56,833 nucleotides of DNA from a virus (taxonomy: Duplodnaviria; Caudoviricetes), in IMG/VR virus record IMGVR_UViG_3300013108_000466, positions 1-56,833 of that record. One strand, given 5' to 3'. The position numbers and the translations under genes are program-made. Shown here piece by piece: positions 27,144 to 38,125 of the stretch (positions are counted from its first letter, which is position 1; the number at the start of each line of letters is the position of its first letter). The notes below the pieces were generated by a model. It worked only from the letters and a program-made list of their open reading frames with translations, had not been told where the DNA came from and made no database searches.

Positions 27144-29486
27144 ATGGCTACCCCAGAGGAATTAAAAAGACAGAAAGAAATTACTAGACTTAAAAAGTTA
27201 GAATTAGAGTATGATAAACAATCATCTCAAATTTCTAGAGCTGATGTAGCTAATAGTGATGATTTTAGCTCCTTATTAAGGGAAAACCTAAAAAGTCTTA
27301 AATTAGTACAAGCTGCAAAATCAGAAATCCTTAGTATTGATAGACGTATAACAAAGCAAGTTAATGATGCTTTTGCTTTTGATATAAAACAATTAGGTAA
27401 TGCTAAAGCTAGTCAAGATTTAGCTAAACAAAGAGTACAATTAGAAAGGGATAGAGTAGTCTTGATGCAAAAGTCAGGAGCTGAACTTACTACAGATAAA
27501 AAACTTCAAGCACAAATTAATGCTACAATAAAACAAAGAGTAAAAACAGCTGAAGAATTATTAAAGGTAAACCAGAAAAATCAAGACATTTCCAAAGAAA
27601 TACAAGGCAATTTAAGTGTTAGATCATTTTCAGGTTTAGCTGGTATAGCAGATAAAGTAGGTTTAGGTGATTTTGTTGGAGAATTAAATGATGCAGCTCA
27701 AGCGGCTAGAGAAGCTGTAGCAGACAATATAGAAGGTAGAGAACTTACGAAGAATTTTGGGTTAGAAAATGCTGATTTAGGTGCTTTAAGTGATGAAGAA
27801 AAAAATATAATCTCAAAAGCCACAGCTGGAGAAGCAGGTGATAAAGGATTTGGAAAAGGCCTTACTAAGGACCTTATGGAAAAAGCTGGTCTAGGTAACA
27901 TGGGACAAGGAGTAGGGGCAGCAGCTAAAATAAAAGGAGCAGGAGGATTAGAAGGGATTGAAAAAGCAACTAAAAAATTAAACCCATTAATAAAGGGACT
28001 TAAAGCGCTAGGTCCAGCACTTAAAAAATTATTAGGTCCATTAGCTATATTAGCAGAAATAATAGCATTAGATAAACAGACTGCTGACATGGCTAAAAAC
28101 ATGAATATGACCTACAAAGAAGCTCAAAAACTAAGAGCTGAAATGCAAAGTATAGCCAATTCTTCTGGTGAAAATTTTGTTACAGGTAAAAAATTAGTAG
28201 AGTCATTTGTAGAATTAAATAAGGAACTAGGAACTTCAGGTACTAAATTAGTTGGTGAACTTTTAACTTCTATGACACAGTTAAGAGAAATGGCTGGGTT
28301 TACCAATGAAGAAATGATGGGGTTAGCTAAATTAGCTTTAACCACAGATGATAACATGGAAGACATTACTGGTGAATTTATGGCTGCTGCTAAGGCAGCT
28401 GGAGTTCAAAATGGAGTAATGGTTAATACTAAAACTTTATCTAAAGATATATCAAATTTATCAGCTGCAACAACATTATCATTAGGAAAAAATCCAAAAT
28501 TATTAGGTGAAGCATTAGCTGTAACTAAAGCTCTAGGCATGGAAATGGAGCAATTAGAAGGTATTGCTAGTGGATTAATGAATTTTGAAGAAAGTATTAA
28601 AAATGAATTAGAAGCAGAATTATTATTAGGTAAAAATATTAATTTAGAAAAAGCAAGACAAGCAGCCCTAAATAATGATTTAGCTACTTTAGCCCAAGAA
28701 ATAGCAGAACAAGCAGGTACATCAGCTGAGTTTGCTGAAATGAATAGAATCCAACAAGAAGCATTAGCTAAATCTGTTGGTATGTCTAGAGAAGAACTAG
28801 CAAATACTTTATTTGTACAAGAACAATTAGCTGGATCAACAGGAGAAGAAGCAGAAGAACAAGAAAGACTATTGAATGCTAGAATAGCAGAAGTAGGTTT
28901 AGCTCAAGCTCAAAAAGAAATGGCTGATCAAGGATTTGAAGGATTAAAAAAACAAGTAGGAATGGCTGATAGATTAACAGCAACTATGGATAAATTAAAT
29001 GAAGTATTTGTTTCATTAATAGAACCTTTAATGCCTATATTAGATGTTTTTGTAATGTTATTTGGTCTTCTTGGAAAAATTGTTGCATTAGTAAAACCAT
29101 TGCTTGATGCCGCAAGTTTTGTAGGTAATTTAATAGGTGATTCAATAGGTTCAGTAGTTGGAGGAGTAGGTAGCATGTTAGAAGGAGGATCATTTTCAGA
29201 AGGAGTTGATTTTTCTGCAACTAAAGCTTCTGGACAAAGGTTACAAGATGATAATTGGATGGGTAAAGGTTTACAAATGGCAGGAGTACCTACAGCATTT
29301 GCAAAAGGTGGAATAGTAACAGGCCCAACTAATGCTATAATTGGTGAAGCAGGTCCTGAAGCAGTAATACCTTTAAATAAAGAAATAAATGTAGATAATT
29401 CTAAAATGGAAGCTATATTATCAAATATTGATAAAAACTTATCAAAACAAAAACCAATGACTCCATTTATGGTATCAGTAGGATAA
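27144..29486 (+). CDS. Tape measure protein
   Basis: 780-aa helical Ala/Leu-rich protein with a hydrophobic segment and C-terminal FAKGGIVTGPT...GEAGPEAVIPL. Follows the chaperone genes. Confidence 0.85.
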   Translation: MATPEELKRQKEITRLKKLELEYDKQSSQISRADVANSDDFSSLLRENLKSLKLVQAAKSEILSIDRRITKQVNDAFAFDIKQLGNAKASQDLAKQRVQLERDRVVLMQKSGAELTTDKKLQAQINATIKQRVKTAEELLKVNQKNQDISKEIQGNLSVRSFSGLAGIADKVGLGDFVGELNDAAQAAREAVADNIEGRELTKNFGLENADLGALSDEEKNIISKATAGEAGDKGFGKGLTKDLMEKAGLGNMGQGVGAAAKIKGAGGLEGIEKATKKLNPLIKGLKALGPALKKLLGPLAILAEIIALDKQTADMAKNMNMTYKEAQKLRAEMQSIANSSGENFVTGKKLVESFVELNKELGTSGTKLVGELLTSMTQLREMAGFTNEEMMGLAKLALTTDDNMEDITGEFMAAAKAAGVQNGVMVNTKTLSKDISNLSAATTLSLGKNPKLLGEALAVTKALGMEMEQLEGIASGLMNFEESIKNELEAELLLGKNINLEKARQAALNNDLATLAQEIAEQAGTSAEFAEMNRIQQEALAKSVGMSREELANTLFVQEQLAGSTGEEAEEQERLLNARIAEVGLAQAQKEMADQGFEGLKKQVGMADRLTATMDKLNEVFVSLIEPLMPILDVFVMLFGLLGKIVALVKPLLDAASFVGNLIGDSIGSVVGGVGSMLEGGSFSEGVDFSATKASGQRLQDDNWMGKGLQMAGVPTAFAKGGIVTGPTNAIIGEAGPEAVIPLNKEINVDNSKMEAILSNIDKNLSKQKPMTPFMVSVG

Positions 29487-29541
29487 TTAATTTCGATTCC
29501 TCTAATATTTATAATAAATTAATTAATTAAAAATTTTAATC

Positions 29542-29778
29542 ATGAGCAATAGTTTATTAAATAAATTAAAGAACGGTGGATCTCAACTATCTAGTTTAAA
29601 TGGTGGTACACCTAATATTCCTAATTTTCAACAATCTACTTTGCATAAAGAATATTCTACTATAGGAGATCCTGATGCAATGAGTGTAAAACCAGAAAAT
29701 GGAGTGTTACCTCAACCATCTGTATTAGAAAGAAATGTTGGAGAACAAGACAAGTATTTAAATAATCTGCCAAACTAA
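29542..29778 (+). CDS. Small hypothetical tail/baseplate-module protein
   Basis: 78-aa ORF after the late promoter at 29505. Confidence 0.65.
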   Translation: MSNSLLNKLKNGGSQLSSLNGGTPNIPNFQQSTLHKEYSTIGDPDAMSVKPENGVLPQPSVLERNVGEQDKYLNNLPN

Positions 29779-29784
29779 TATAAC

Positions 29785-31695
29785 ATGCCATTAGTTACAA
29801 TGACAACTAACCTTAAGTCTTTAAGGTATGGCAAAGATACAGTAGGTGGTGGTAATAGTAATCAACCTTATGTAACTAGGTCAATTCCTAAAGATCTAGA
29901 CGATGTAGGAAGAACAGGAGGGCCTGACTTTTTATTACGTGGGGGAACTTTATTGCCTAGAAGAATTGGTAATGATGTGTCTAGATTGTCACAAATGTTT
30001 TTTGACTTTAAATCACCATCCGGACCTTTATTTATAGCAAAACAAAATGTATTATCATTAGTAAATGTTAATGGTGAAGCTGGATTTGCAGACCCAGCAA
30101 AATTAGTAATGAACCAAGGAGTTTATACTCCTTTAGAAGCAATTATTCAAGCAGGTACTAACGCAGTAGGAATGCACGTACCAAAACAAGGTTATAATCC
30201 ATTTGATAATTTAAACCCTGATGGACCTAAAAACTTTGGTTTTAGTTCAAATAGAAACCAACCATTAGCATTTCCAACTTATTTACGTACAATAGCTCCT
30301 GATGGGCAATTAAGAAGTAGATTAACAAATTTATTAGATACAAAAATAGCTAGTTTAGTAGCTCCACAAGAACAAAATATACTAACATATTCGGGAGGAC
30401 CTGGATCCACTTTAGGTGTAGGTAAAACACAAATTCCAATTAATAGTAGAACAACATTTAAACCGGATGATATTGGTTTTTATGGTAGTGGAATTAGTAC
30501 TAGTGTAGGTAAATCAGCATTATCTTATAATGAATTATTTAATGTGTCAAGTGATCCATTGAATGCTCAAACAACATGGATTAATGCTAGATTAACAAAT
30601 TTATTAGGTACTGGTCTATTTGGATATAGTAATCCAATTCCTTTAATCCCAGGTGCAACAACTCCAAGAGTACCTAATAGCCAAGGTGGATCACATTTAA
30701 CTAATCCTAATTTCCAAGAAACTTTAGGTTCAAGTCAAACTAGACCTGCAACTTTAGCTTGGACACCTGGAAAACAATTTGAACAAAGAGTAAATCTAGG
30801 TAATCCTGGTAAAAGAGGAAATATATCAAGTTATACTATAGGTAAAAGAGACATCAATGCACCAATATCAGGTTCAGTAAGTGCTAATTCATCTTATTTA
30901 GCTGCTGTAGATAAAGTTAATGCTTTTCCTTTATACAGATCAAACTCAGTAACTGGGAATAATGATAAAAATGATTTTGTAAAATTTAGAATTGGAGTTA
31001 TAAATAATAATAATCCACTTGAAAAAACGTATATTCATTTTAGAGCATTAATTAATGGAATGAGTGATGCTTATACTTCAAATTGGGAACCTCATAAATT
31101 TATGGGTAGATCTGAAGAGTTTTATACATATAGTGGGTTTGGTAGAACACTTTCATTAGATTGGACAGTAGCAGCACAATCAAAACAAGAATTAATACCA
31201 ATGTACCAAAAATTAAATTATTTAGCTTCAGTATGTGCGGGTGATTTTTCAGATGTTGGATATATGAGAGGTAATTTAATATCATTATCTGTAGGAGGTT
31301 GGTTCCAAGAACAAATTGGAATTATGCAAGGTATAACTTTAGATGTGCCTGGAGAATCTCCATGGGAAATTGGAATAACTGATGCCAATAATTTAACATC
31401 TATAGGTACAGGAGATAGAGCAAGAGAAATAAACTCAGATCCAAGTGTACAAGAAATGCCTATGATTATTAATGTAACAGGGTTTACATTTATTCCAATT
31501 CATGACTTTGTTCCTAGAGTACAAAGAAATTCATTTAATGGAGGTAAAATTGAAGGAGGAGGAACATTTATCTCTGATTACGGACCAGAAAGGTATATTA
31601 ATTTAAAAGGTGGATTAGGATCTAACTATGATGGAGGACCAGGTAATGAAAATGTTTCTAATGGTAGTTTAAACTATATGCCTAAAAAACAATAA
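29785..31695 (+). CDS. Baseplate / tail-tube initiator-like protein
   Basis: The C-terminal tube-like domain (FRALI..MSD.Y..NW....MGR.E.FYTY.GF.R) is typical of tube initiators. Position after the tape measure. Confidence 0.6.
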   Translation: MPLVTMTTNLKSLRYGKDTVGGGNSNQPYVTRSIPKDLDDVGRTGGPDFLLRGGTLLPRRIGNDVSRLSQMFFDFKSPSGPLFIAKQNVLSLVNVNGEAGFADPAKLVMNQGVYTPLEAIIQAGTNAVGMHVPKQGYNPFDNLNPDGPKNFGFSSNRNQPLAFPTYLRTIAPDGQLRSRLTNLLDTKIASLVAPQEQNILTYSGGPGSTLGVGKTQIPINSRTTFKPDDIGFYGSGISTSVGKSALSYNELFNVSSDPLNAQTTWINARLTNLLGTGLFGYSNPIPLIPGATTPRVPNSQGGSHLTNPNFQETLGSSQTRPATLAWTPGKQFEQRVNLGNPGKRGNISSYTIGKRDINAPISGSVSANSSYLAAVDKVNAFPLYRSNSVTGNNDKNDFVKFRIGVINNNNPLEKTYIHFRALINGMSDAYTSNWEPHKFMGRSEEFYTYSGFGRTLSLDWTVAAQSKQELIPMYQKLNYLASVCAGDFSDVGYMRGNLISLSVGGWFQEQIGIMQGITLDVPGESPWEIGITDANNLTSIGTGDRAREINSDPSVQEMPMIINVTGFTFIPIHDFVPRVQRNSFNGGKIEGGGTFISDYGPERYINLKGGLGSNYDGGPGNENVSNGSLNYMPKKQ

Positions 31696-31697
31696 CT

Positions 31698-32018
31698 ATG
31701 GGACGATATACAAGAAGAAAAATAGTTAGAAAAATTAAATCTAGCCAAGAAGCAGGAGTTAGAAATTATGTAGGTACTAAATACCCTAGAATTCCTCTAT
31801 CTCCAGAAGACACTTATGTATATGCAGAACAAGGAGATCGTTTTGATACTTTAGCTTTACAATATTACGGAAATTCTGATTACTGGTGGGTTATATCTAT
31901 TGCAAATGAAGACTTAAAACAAGATTCATATTACTTACCATTAAACCAACAAATTAGAATTCCTGCAAATATTGGAGCTATTGAAAGTCAATATAATGCA
32001 ATAAATGGAGTTATCTAA
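31698..32018 (+). CDS. LysM-like baseplate wedge protein (gp53/P2 gpX-like)
   Basis: QGDRFDTLALQYYGNSDYWWVISIAN...QIRIP. Confidence 0.85.
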   Translation: MGRYTRRKIVRKIKSSQEAGVRNYVGTKYPRIPLSPEDTYVYAEQGDRFDTLALQYYGNSDYWWVISIANEDLKQDSYYLPLNQQIRIPANIGAIESQYNAINGVI

Positions 32019-32020
32019 TT

Positions 32021-35000
32021 ATGGGAAATATTGTAGGAGAAAGATTTGAAGGATATGTATTAAACCAAATTAATAGTAGACAAAAACTATTAGGTGCTGG
32101 TTATGCTAAAGACTCCATTAGAACTCCTCAGCAGATGCAATTAATCAACAATAAAAATGCTTGGTTAAAAATGGCTTCATCTGTATCTGTATTACAAGAC
32201 CAAACACCAGCTGTTTATAATAGAGAACAAGGTAAATACATAGATGATAGTGTTAATCCTGGAGAACAAAGATTAAAAAATATTGGCATTGAAGATACAG
32301 CTAACTTTACAGGAATGAGGTTAGCAAAACAAACAGTATTATTTAATACCCTTTCTCAAGTAAACCCAACAACAGAATTTAATGAACAAACAAATGTTGG
32401 ACTAAACGGGGATTATAATTTTAGATCAGGAGTAGCAACTTCAAATGCTTTATGGAATAGTAGTAGATCATATGGTTTAGGAGGTACAAATCAAGGTTTA
32501 GTACCAGCTCCTGGATTAATATCATTTTCAGTAGAATCACAAAATAGAGGTTCTATTAGAAAAGGTACTGTAGAATTAAAATGTTTTAATAAATTTCAAT
32601 TTGAATTGATAGAATTAGTATATCTTAGATTAGGTTATACTATGATGATAGAATGGGGTTGGGATAAGTACACTACCAATAGTGAAAATCTTTTAGAAAT
32701 GGGTAATACTATTATTGAAGATATTTGGTTTAATAACTCATCTCAAGATATTACCCAACTTCAAATGATAAAAAACATTGAAAAATATAGAAGATTATAT
32801 CATGGAAATTATGATGGTTTTTATGGTAAAGTAACTAATTTTAATTGGACTTTTGAACCTGATGGAACCTATAATATTACTATAGATTTGTATTCTGTTG
32901 GAGATGTAATAGAATCAATTAAAGTAGACACTAGGTCTTCAGCTTTATCTTTAGATAAAATTAAAAGTGTAGTAAGTGGATCAACTTTCCCAAAAGGACT
33001 AGGTTCATCACCAATAGTAACAAATGCTGGCTCTACAGCTTTATCCCAAGCTATGTTTACAGACATAGTAAATAGAAAATGGGATGAAAAAAATAGTGAT
33101 TATTTAAATCCATCTTTATTCTTTAAAGAAAAAAAGACAGAAAAAGGTGATTCTTCTGCTTCAACAGATAGATATAATTACTATATGACTTTTGGAGCTT
33201 TAATAGCTAAAATAAAAGAATTTGTTGTTCCTAAAATAATAAACGAGCATGGTGAAGCTCAAGAAATGATTTATTTTGATGAGGGTAGTGAAGAATATTG
33301 TGCTATTTACCCAAACCAAATAGCCTTAGATCCTAGAATATGTTTAATTAAACCACCATTAACAGCAAACACAAAACCAGATTCAGATTCAAGATCAACA
33401 GAAGGTTATGTTTATTTCGACCCAGGATGGGAACGATTTAAAGAATTTGCAGTAGCAGAACCTATAGGTGCAAATACTACTTGTAATTATGGAAAAATTA
33501 GAAATATATATCTTAATTATGATTTTGTATCTCAACAACTTGCTAAAGCAACAAAATCAGTTGGATTAGAAAACCAACTTACTTTATTTAAATTTTTAAG
33601 TGCTATATGTACTGGAATTAATCAATCTTTAGGTGGTATAAATAATTTAGAAGTTATTATAAAAGATGATAATTTAATCACAATTAATGAACAAAATCCT
33701 ATACCAGGATTAGAAAATATACCTGGATTAAAAAGCAGAATGCTTGAAGTCCCTTCATTTGAATTATTTGGTTTTAATCCTGCAAATAACACATCAAACT
33801 TTGTTAAAGATTTTTCATTTGATACTTCAATTACTCCTGAATTAGCAAGTATGATTACTATAGGAGCAACAGCTAATGGAGGAAGTACTAAAAATTACGA
33901 TGGGACTGCATTTTCAAAATGGAATGTAGGCTTATTTGACAGATTTAACACAGAAATGATAGATCCTTCTACTTCTGCTATTATTATAAATCAAATAGCA
34001 TTATCTGAAAGGGCTACTGAATTAGGTATAATTCCAAATGGAGAAATAACAGCACAAGAAGGGGTTGTTTTATATGATGCTTTTGCATCTGCTTCATTAG
34101 ATCATGATATTGAATCCTTTACTTCAGATTTAATTTTAACTTACACAGATGTTGCTCTTACAACTGTTGAAAATGTAGGTTATGCAGTAGACGCTGTAGC
34201 AGAATTTGGAGCAGATATATGGAATTCAGCTACAAATTTATTTAGAAGTAAGGAGAACAAAAAACCAACATGGGGTACAGATAATGTTTCAAACATAACT
34301 AATCCTGATTTATCTGAAGCGGTAGACCCTTATTATATGGCAAATAGATCATCAACAGCCTTAGGTGTATCGTTTACAGGTCAAAGGGAAGTACCAGCTA
34401 ACTCTGTTTATGGAAAAGAAGCATTAGCAGTAACATGGAGTGAGTACATACAAATGATTACAGATAAAAGAATTGCTAAGAGAATAAAAGAAGGTGAGGG
34501 AAAATTTACTAAAGAAGAATTATTAGAAAGATTTGGAAACAATTATCAATTTTATCTCACTAGAGTTTTTGGAGGAGATTTTGTAGCTGGATCAAATGAT
34601 AGTGATGATACATTAACAGATCCATCTAAAGCAACATATTTTCAATATAACTCTAATATTATAAACAATGGAAAAAATGCTTTTAAAGCATATGTAGACA
34701 CATTAAATAATTATATTTACGCTAAAACAAAAGGATTAGTACCTTCAAATACTATAGGTTTTATCCCAGTAAGTTTAAATATAAACTTTGAAGGGATGTC
34801 TGGTGTTAAAATTTATAATCAAATAAATGTTAGACAAGGATTTTTACCATCTCAATACCCAAAAACATTTAAATTTTTAATTAAAACTGTCAATCATACA
34901 ATATCAGATAATAAATGGGATTCTAATATTGATACTGTTTCAACACCAAGAACATTTGCTGTAGGTGCTTATTCATTTAAAGATTTAGAATCATCAGCAG

Positions 35001-35608
35001 ATACTTACATAAGATCACAAGGTGGTGGAGGTGGAGGAAGACAAGAATATTTTGGGCCTGCTCCAAATGCTGCTAGAGTAAGAGAATACATGGGAACAAC
35101 AGGTGGATTTATAACAGAAAAAAGATCAGGTCAAACTGGTAATGGAGGGTATACAATAGGTCTTAACCCTGAAACAGAAGAAGCAAGAGGAGAATTAACA
35201 AGTGGAGGAGATATATCAAATGATGCAGCTAATATGACTATAGCAGTAATGAAAGCTATTAGAGAAAAATCCCCTACAATGAGAATAACTTTAACAGGAG
35301 GTAATGATTTATATCACCACAATAAACCAAAATCATACACTAGTAGACATGAAAGTGGTAATGGTGTTGATTTTGTTATAGATAATCCATCAGCAGAAAA
35401 TTTAGATATTTGTAAAATGGTATTAAATAGTTTCCTTGTAGGACCTAAAAATTGGTGGTATATAGATGAGTATGGAAACCCAACAGCAATAGCAAGTGGA
35501 GCACATTTCCATATGTCTGTAGGTGCAACTCCTGAAAAATCTGGAAAAGCTCAAATACCTATAGCTGAACAACAATTAAAAGAAGGAAAAATAACTAAAT
35601 TACCATAA
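32021..35608 (+). CDS. Baseplate hub protein with a C-terminal M15-like Zn peptidase domain
   Basis: Hub-like motifs (YLRLGYTMMIEWGW, GKVTNFNW). The C-terminal SRHESGNGVDF ... HFH fits the LAS peptidase H-x6-D / H-x-H pattern. Confidence 0.7.
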   Translation: MGNIVGERFEGYVLNQINSRQKLLGAGYAKDSIRTPQQMQLINNKNAWLKMASSVSVLQDQTPAVYNREQGKYIDDSVNPGEQRLKNIGIEDTANFTGMRLAKQTVLFNTLSQVNPTTEFNEQTNVGLNGDYNFRSGVATSNALWNSSRSYGLGGTNQGLVPAPGLISFSVESQNRGSIRKGTVELKCFNKFQFELIELVYLRLGYTMMIEWGWDKYTTNSENLLEMGNTIIEDIWFNNSSQDITQLQMIKNIEKYRRLYHGNYDGFYGKVTNFNWTFEPDGTYNITIDLYSVGDVIESIKVDTRSSALSLDKIKSVVSGSTFPKGLGSSPIVTNAGSTALSQAMFTDIVNRKWDEKNSDYLNPSLFFKEKKTEKGDSSASTDRYNYYMTFGALIAKIKEFVVPKIINEHGEAQEMIYFDEGSEEYCAIYPNQIALDPRICLIKPPLTANTKPDSDSRSTEGYVYFDPGWERFKEFAVAEPIGANTTCNYGKIRNIYLNYDFVSQQLAKATKSVGLENQLTLFKFLSAICTGINQSLGGINNLEVIIKDDNLITINEQNPIPGLENIPGLKSRMLEVPSFELFGFNPANNTSNFVKDFSFDTSITPELASMITIGATANGGSTKNYDGTAFSKWNVGLFDRFNTEMIDPSTSAIIINQIALSERATELGIIPNGEITAQEGVVLYDAFASASLDHDIESFTSDLILTYTDVALTTVENVGYAVDAVAEFGADIWNSATNLFRSKENKKPTWGTDNVSNITNPDLSEAVDPYYMANRSSTALGVSFTGQREVPANSVYGKEALAVTWSEYIQMITDKRIAKRIKEGEGKFTKEELLERFGNNYQFYLTRVFGGDFVAGSNDSDDTLTDPSKATYFQYNSNIINNGKNAFKAYVDTLNNYIYAKTKGLVPSNTIGFIPVSLNINFEGMSGVKIYNQINVRQGFLPSQYPKTFKFLIKTVNHTISDNKWDSNIDTVSTPRTFAVGAYSFKDLESSADTYIRSQGGGGGGRQEYFGPAPNAARVREYMGTTGGFITEKRSGQTGNGGYTIGLNPETEEARGELTSGGDISNDAANMTIAVMKAIREKSPTMRITLTGGNDLYHHNKPKSYTSRHESGNGVDFVIDNPSAENLDICKMVLNSFLVGPKNWWYIDEYGNPTAIASGAHFHMSVGATPEKSGKAQIPIAEQQLKEGKITKLP

Positions 35609-35609
35609 C

Positions 35610-36299
35610 ATGCCATATTATCCGTCATCCCAAGTAAAAACAAATCTCTATACTAATGGAGATGAGTTTACTGACAGCAGAGGGGCTCCTTATGTTGGTT
35701 ATTATTTTATTAACTCTAAAGGGGAAACATATACAGGTAAAACCCCTCAAGATACCCAAGTAAGACGTTTATACGCTGCACCTAACTCAGATAATGAAAA
35801 CCCAGTTTATATAGCAGATAAATTTAAAGTATCAACTCCAGATGGCAATTATTCATTTTATAATATAGATTATCCTTACTATGATGCAATAGGTAGAGAT
35901 TGGAAACAATCAACAAATGCACCATTAAAACCAGTACAAGAGATAAACTTACCAACAGAGAATGATTATAATGTAGGTGAATTTCAAAGATATTTCCTAA
36001 GAAAAAACAACGAAATACAATTTATAGAAGTAAACTTTAAACAATATCAAATGTTTAATGATCAAAATGCAAAAGTACAATGGCAAACCTATACACCAAT
36101 ACAAATAAGTTGGGTAATAGTAGGTGATCTTGAGGACGTATATAATACAAATAAAAACATAGTAAAATTATACGAAACAAGAAATAAAATGGTTGGTTTT
36201 GTAAGTTATTTTAATAATAGGTTCGCTAAATTCTGTAGAAAAGAAACTGAAGAAGAAAGAAGTACGTCTACTCCTACAAGTATAATTGGAGGTTACTAA
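35610..36299 (+). CDS. Hypothetical baseplate-region protein
   Basis: 229 aa with NLYTNGDEF...YVGYY and PTENDY..G.FQRYF. Confidence 0.65.
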   Translation: MPYYPSSQVKTNLYTNGDEFTDSRGAPYVGYYFINSKGETYTGKTPQDTQVRRLYAAPNSDNENPVYIADKFKVSTPDGNYSFYNIDYPYYDAIGRDWKQSTNAPLKPVQEINLPTENDYNVGEFQRYFLRKNNEIQFIEVNFKQYQMFNDQNAKVQWQTYTPIQISWVIVGDLEDVYNTNKNIVKLYETRNKMVGFVSYFNNRFAKFCRKETEEERSTSTPTSIIGGY

Positions 36300-36335
36300 A
36301 TCATTTCGTATATTTAAGGCAAATTAGGTTATATT

Positions 36336-37604
36336 ATGTACTGGCTAGTAGAAGAAGAACAGCAGTTAGATGTTCTATTAAATAGTGGTTTTAAACAAGC
36401 ATTTATTGAGGTTATCCCTTATAGTGACCACATACACCCAACGTTAAATAGCGTTAGTTTGGTGTATATTAGACCGATAAATGCAAGTAAAGGCTATATG
36501 TTATGCGTTTCACATAGTGAAACTTTAAGTGTGTTAAAAACGCGTATAGACCAATTAATAGATAATTTTGATATTTTGTTTTGTCGCGATAAAAAAGAGA
36601 TGTTACATTACTACCCAAGCAAAGCTCTTTACGACATAAATGTGCCTCCTACTACGTATATACGACCATACACAAAAGCACATGAATTACTTAATTATAA
36701 ACATAAAGATAACCCAAAAGTAAATACATTTATCCCAGTTGTTAAACACTATGAGATGTGTGAGCAAATGTATTGGGATTTAAAAGATAATATAAACAAA
36801 ACCAAAACAGATTATGATGAATTCTTTAACCATAGAGTATCCGTGGTATTCAACGCCATCGAAAGGATGGGAATACAAATTCAACCCGAGCGATTCAAAG
36901 AATACTTTTACGATGAAGCAGGACCCAAGGTTTACACTCAATACAACCTTAAAACTACAACAACAAGACCAAGTAATAAATTCAAAGGAGTAAATTATGC
37001 AGCACTTAATAAAGAAACGGGATGTAGGAAAGCTTTTATACCAAGCAATGATAGCTTTTACGAGATTGATATTAGCGCTTATCATCCTAGTTTGTCTTGT
37101 CGTCTCGTCGATTATAATTTTCCCACTGTGGATATTCACGCGCATATGGCGAAACTTTATGGGGTAAGTTATGGCAAGTCAAAAGAGTTAACATTCAAGC
37201 AATTATACGGAGGTGTCTTTGACAATTATAGACATCTGGAATTTTTTCAAAAAGTAGAAGAATACGTAGGAAAGACGTGGAGTAAATTTCAAAGCGAAGG
37301 GAAGATTCAATGTCCGATTTCTGGGTATGTATTTGAAAAAGAAAAATTAGATAATATGAATCCGCAAAAGTTATTTAATTATTTGTTACAAAACTTGGAG
37401 ACATCAATGAACGTTCGTATACTGTGGGACGTACTTCGTTTGTTAAGAGGTAAGAAAACAAAAATTGTATTATATACTTATGATTCGTTTTTGTTTGATT
37501 TGGATGAAGAAGAAGCCGACTTAATTGACAATGTAAAGAAAATATTTAAAAAATATAAATTTAATATAAAAACCAAACAAGGAAATGATTACGACTTTAG
37601 ATAG
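36336..37604 (+). CDS. Compact family A DNA polymerase
   Basis: TTTTRPSN, motif A EIDISAYHP, motif B KELTFKQLYG, NYLLQ, and motif C YTYDSFLFD. Confidence 0.85.
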   Translation: MYWLVEEEQQLDVLLNSGFKQAFIEVIPYSDHIHPTLNSVSLVYIRPINASKGYMLCVSHSETLSVLKTRIDQLIDNFDILFCRDKKEMLHYYPSKALYDINVPPTTYIRPYTKAHELLNYKHKDNPKVNTFIPVVKHYEMCEQMYWDLKDNINKTKTDYDEFFNHRVSVVFNAIERMGIQIQPERFKEYFYDEAGPKVYTQYNLKTTTTRPSNKFKGVNYAALNKETGCRKAFIPSNDSFYEIDISAYHPSLSCRLVDYNFPTVDIHAHMAKLYGVSYGKSKELTFKQLYGGVFDNYRHLEFFQKVEEYVGKTWSKFQSEGKIQCPISGYVFEKEKLDNMNPQKLFNYLLQNLETSMNVRILWDVLRLLRGKKTKIVLYTYDSFLFDLDEEEADLIDNVKKIFKKYKFNIKTKQGNDYDFR

Positions 37605-37665
37605 ACCTTCAAATACGTATAAGGTGAACTATGATGTGATTACATCATTAAATAACTTAGGAGAT

Positions 37666-38052
37666 TTGAATAATAAACTGTTTTGTACTTTTACTGATCT
37701 AGATAACCTAGATGCATTGATTGAAGAAATTACTTCAAAATATGTTATTATCTATAACAAAATGTTTGTTTTAGAAATAGTAGGCAGTGACGAATATGTA
37801 GTTACTTATAATGTAGATCAAGGAAATGTACACACCATACCAGATAATACTATCCTAGTCCATAGGAAAAAGGAATCTAACACCTTGTATACTATTAACG
37901 CTTTAAATGAATTAATTAAAAAGCTTAATAATGGTGTTGTTGATACCAAATATAAAGTGGATTGGCAACACTACAGAAATTGTGTTTTACTTACCCAACA
38001 CAATGAACTCAACCAATTAAATACAAAAATTCACAAAATAATTGAAGTATAG
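37666..38052 (+). CDS. Conserved hypothetical protein (HRKKESNTLYTINALN)
   Basis: A TTG start at 37666 (MNNKLFCTF) is preferred over 37585 because a promoter motif at 37613 and a hairpin lie inside the longer ORF. Confidence 0.6.
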   Translation: MNNKLFCTFTDLDNLDALIEEITSKYVIIYNKMFVLEIVGSDEYVVTYNVDQGNVHTIPDNTILVHRKKESNTLYTINALNELIKKLNNGVVDTKYKVDWQHYRNCVLLTQHNELNQLNTKIHKIIEV

Positions 38053-38125
38053 TTTGGCTCCCCAAATTATGGTTCGTATATTGTGTGCATAAACAAAAGT
38101 TATAAATAAAAATTAGTTACAAATT

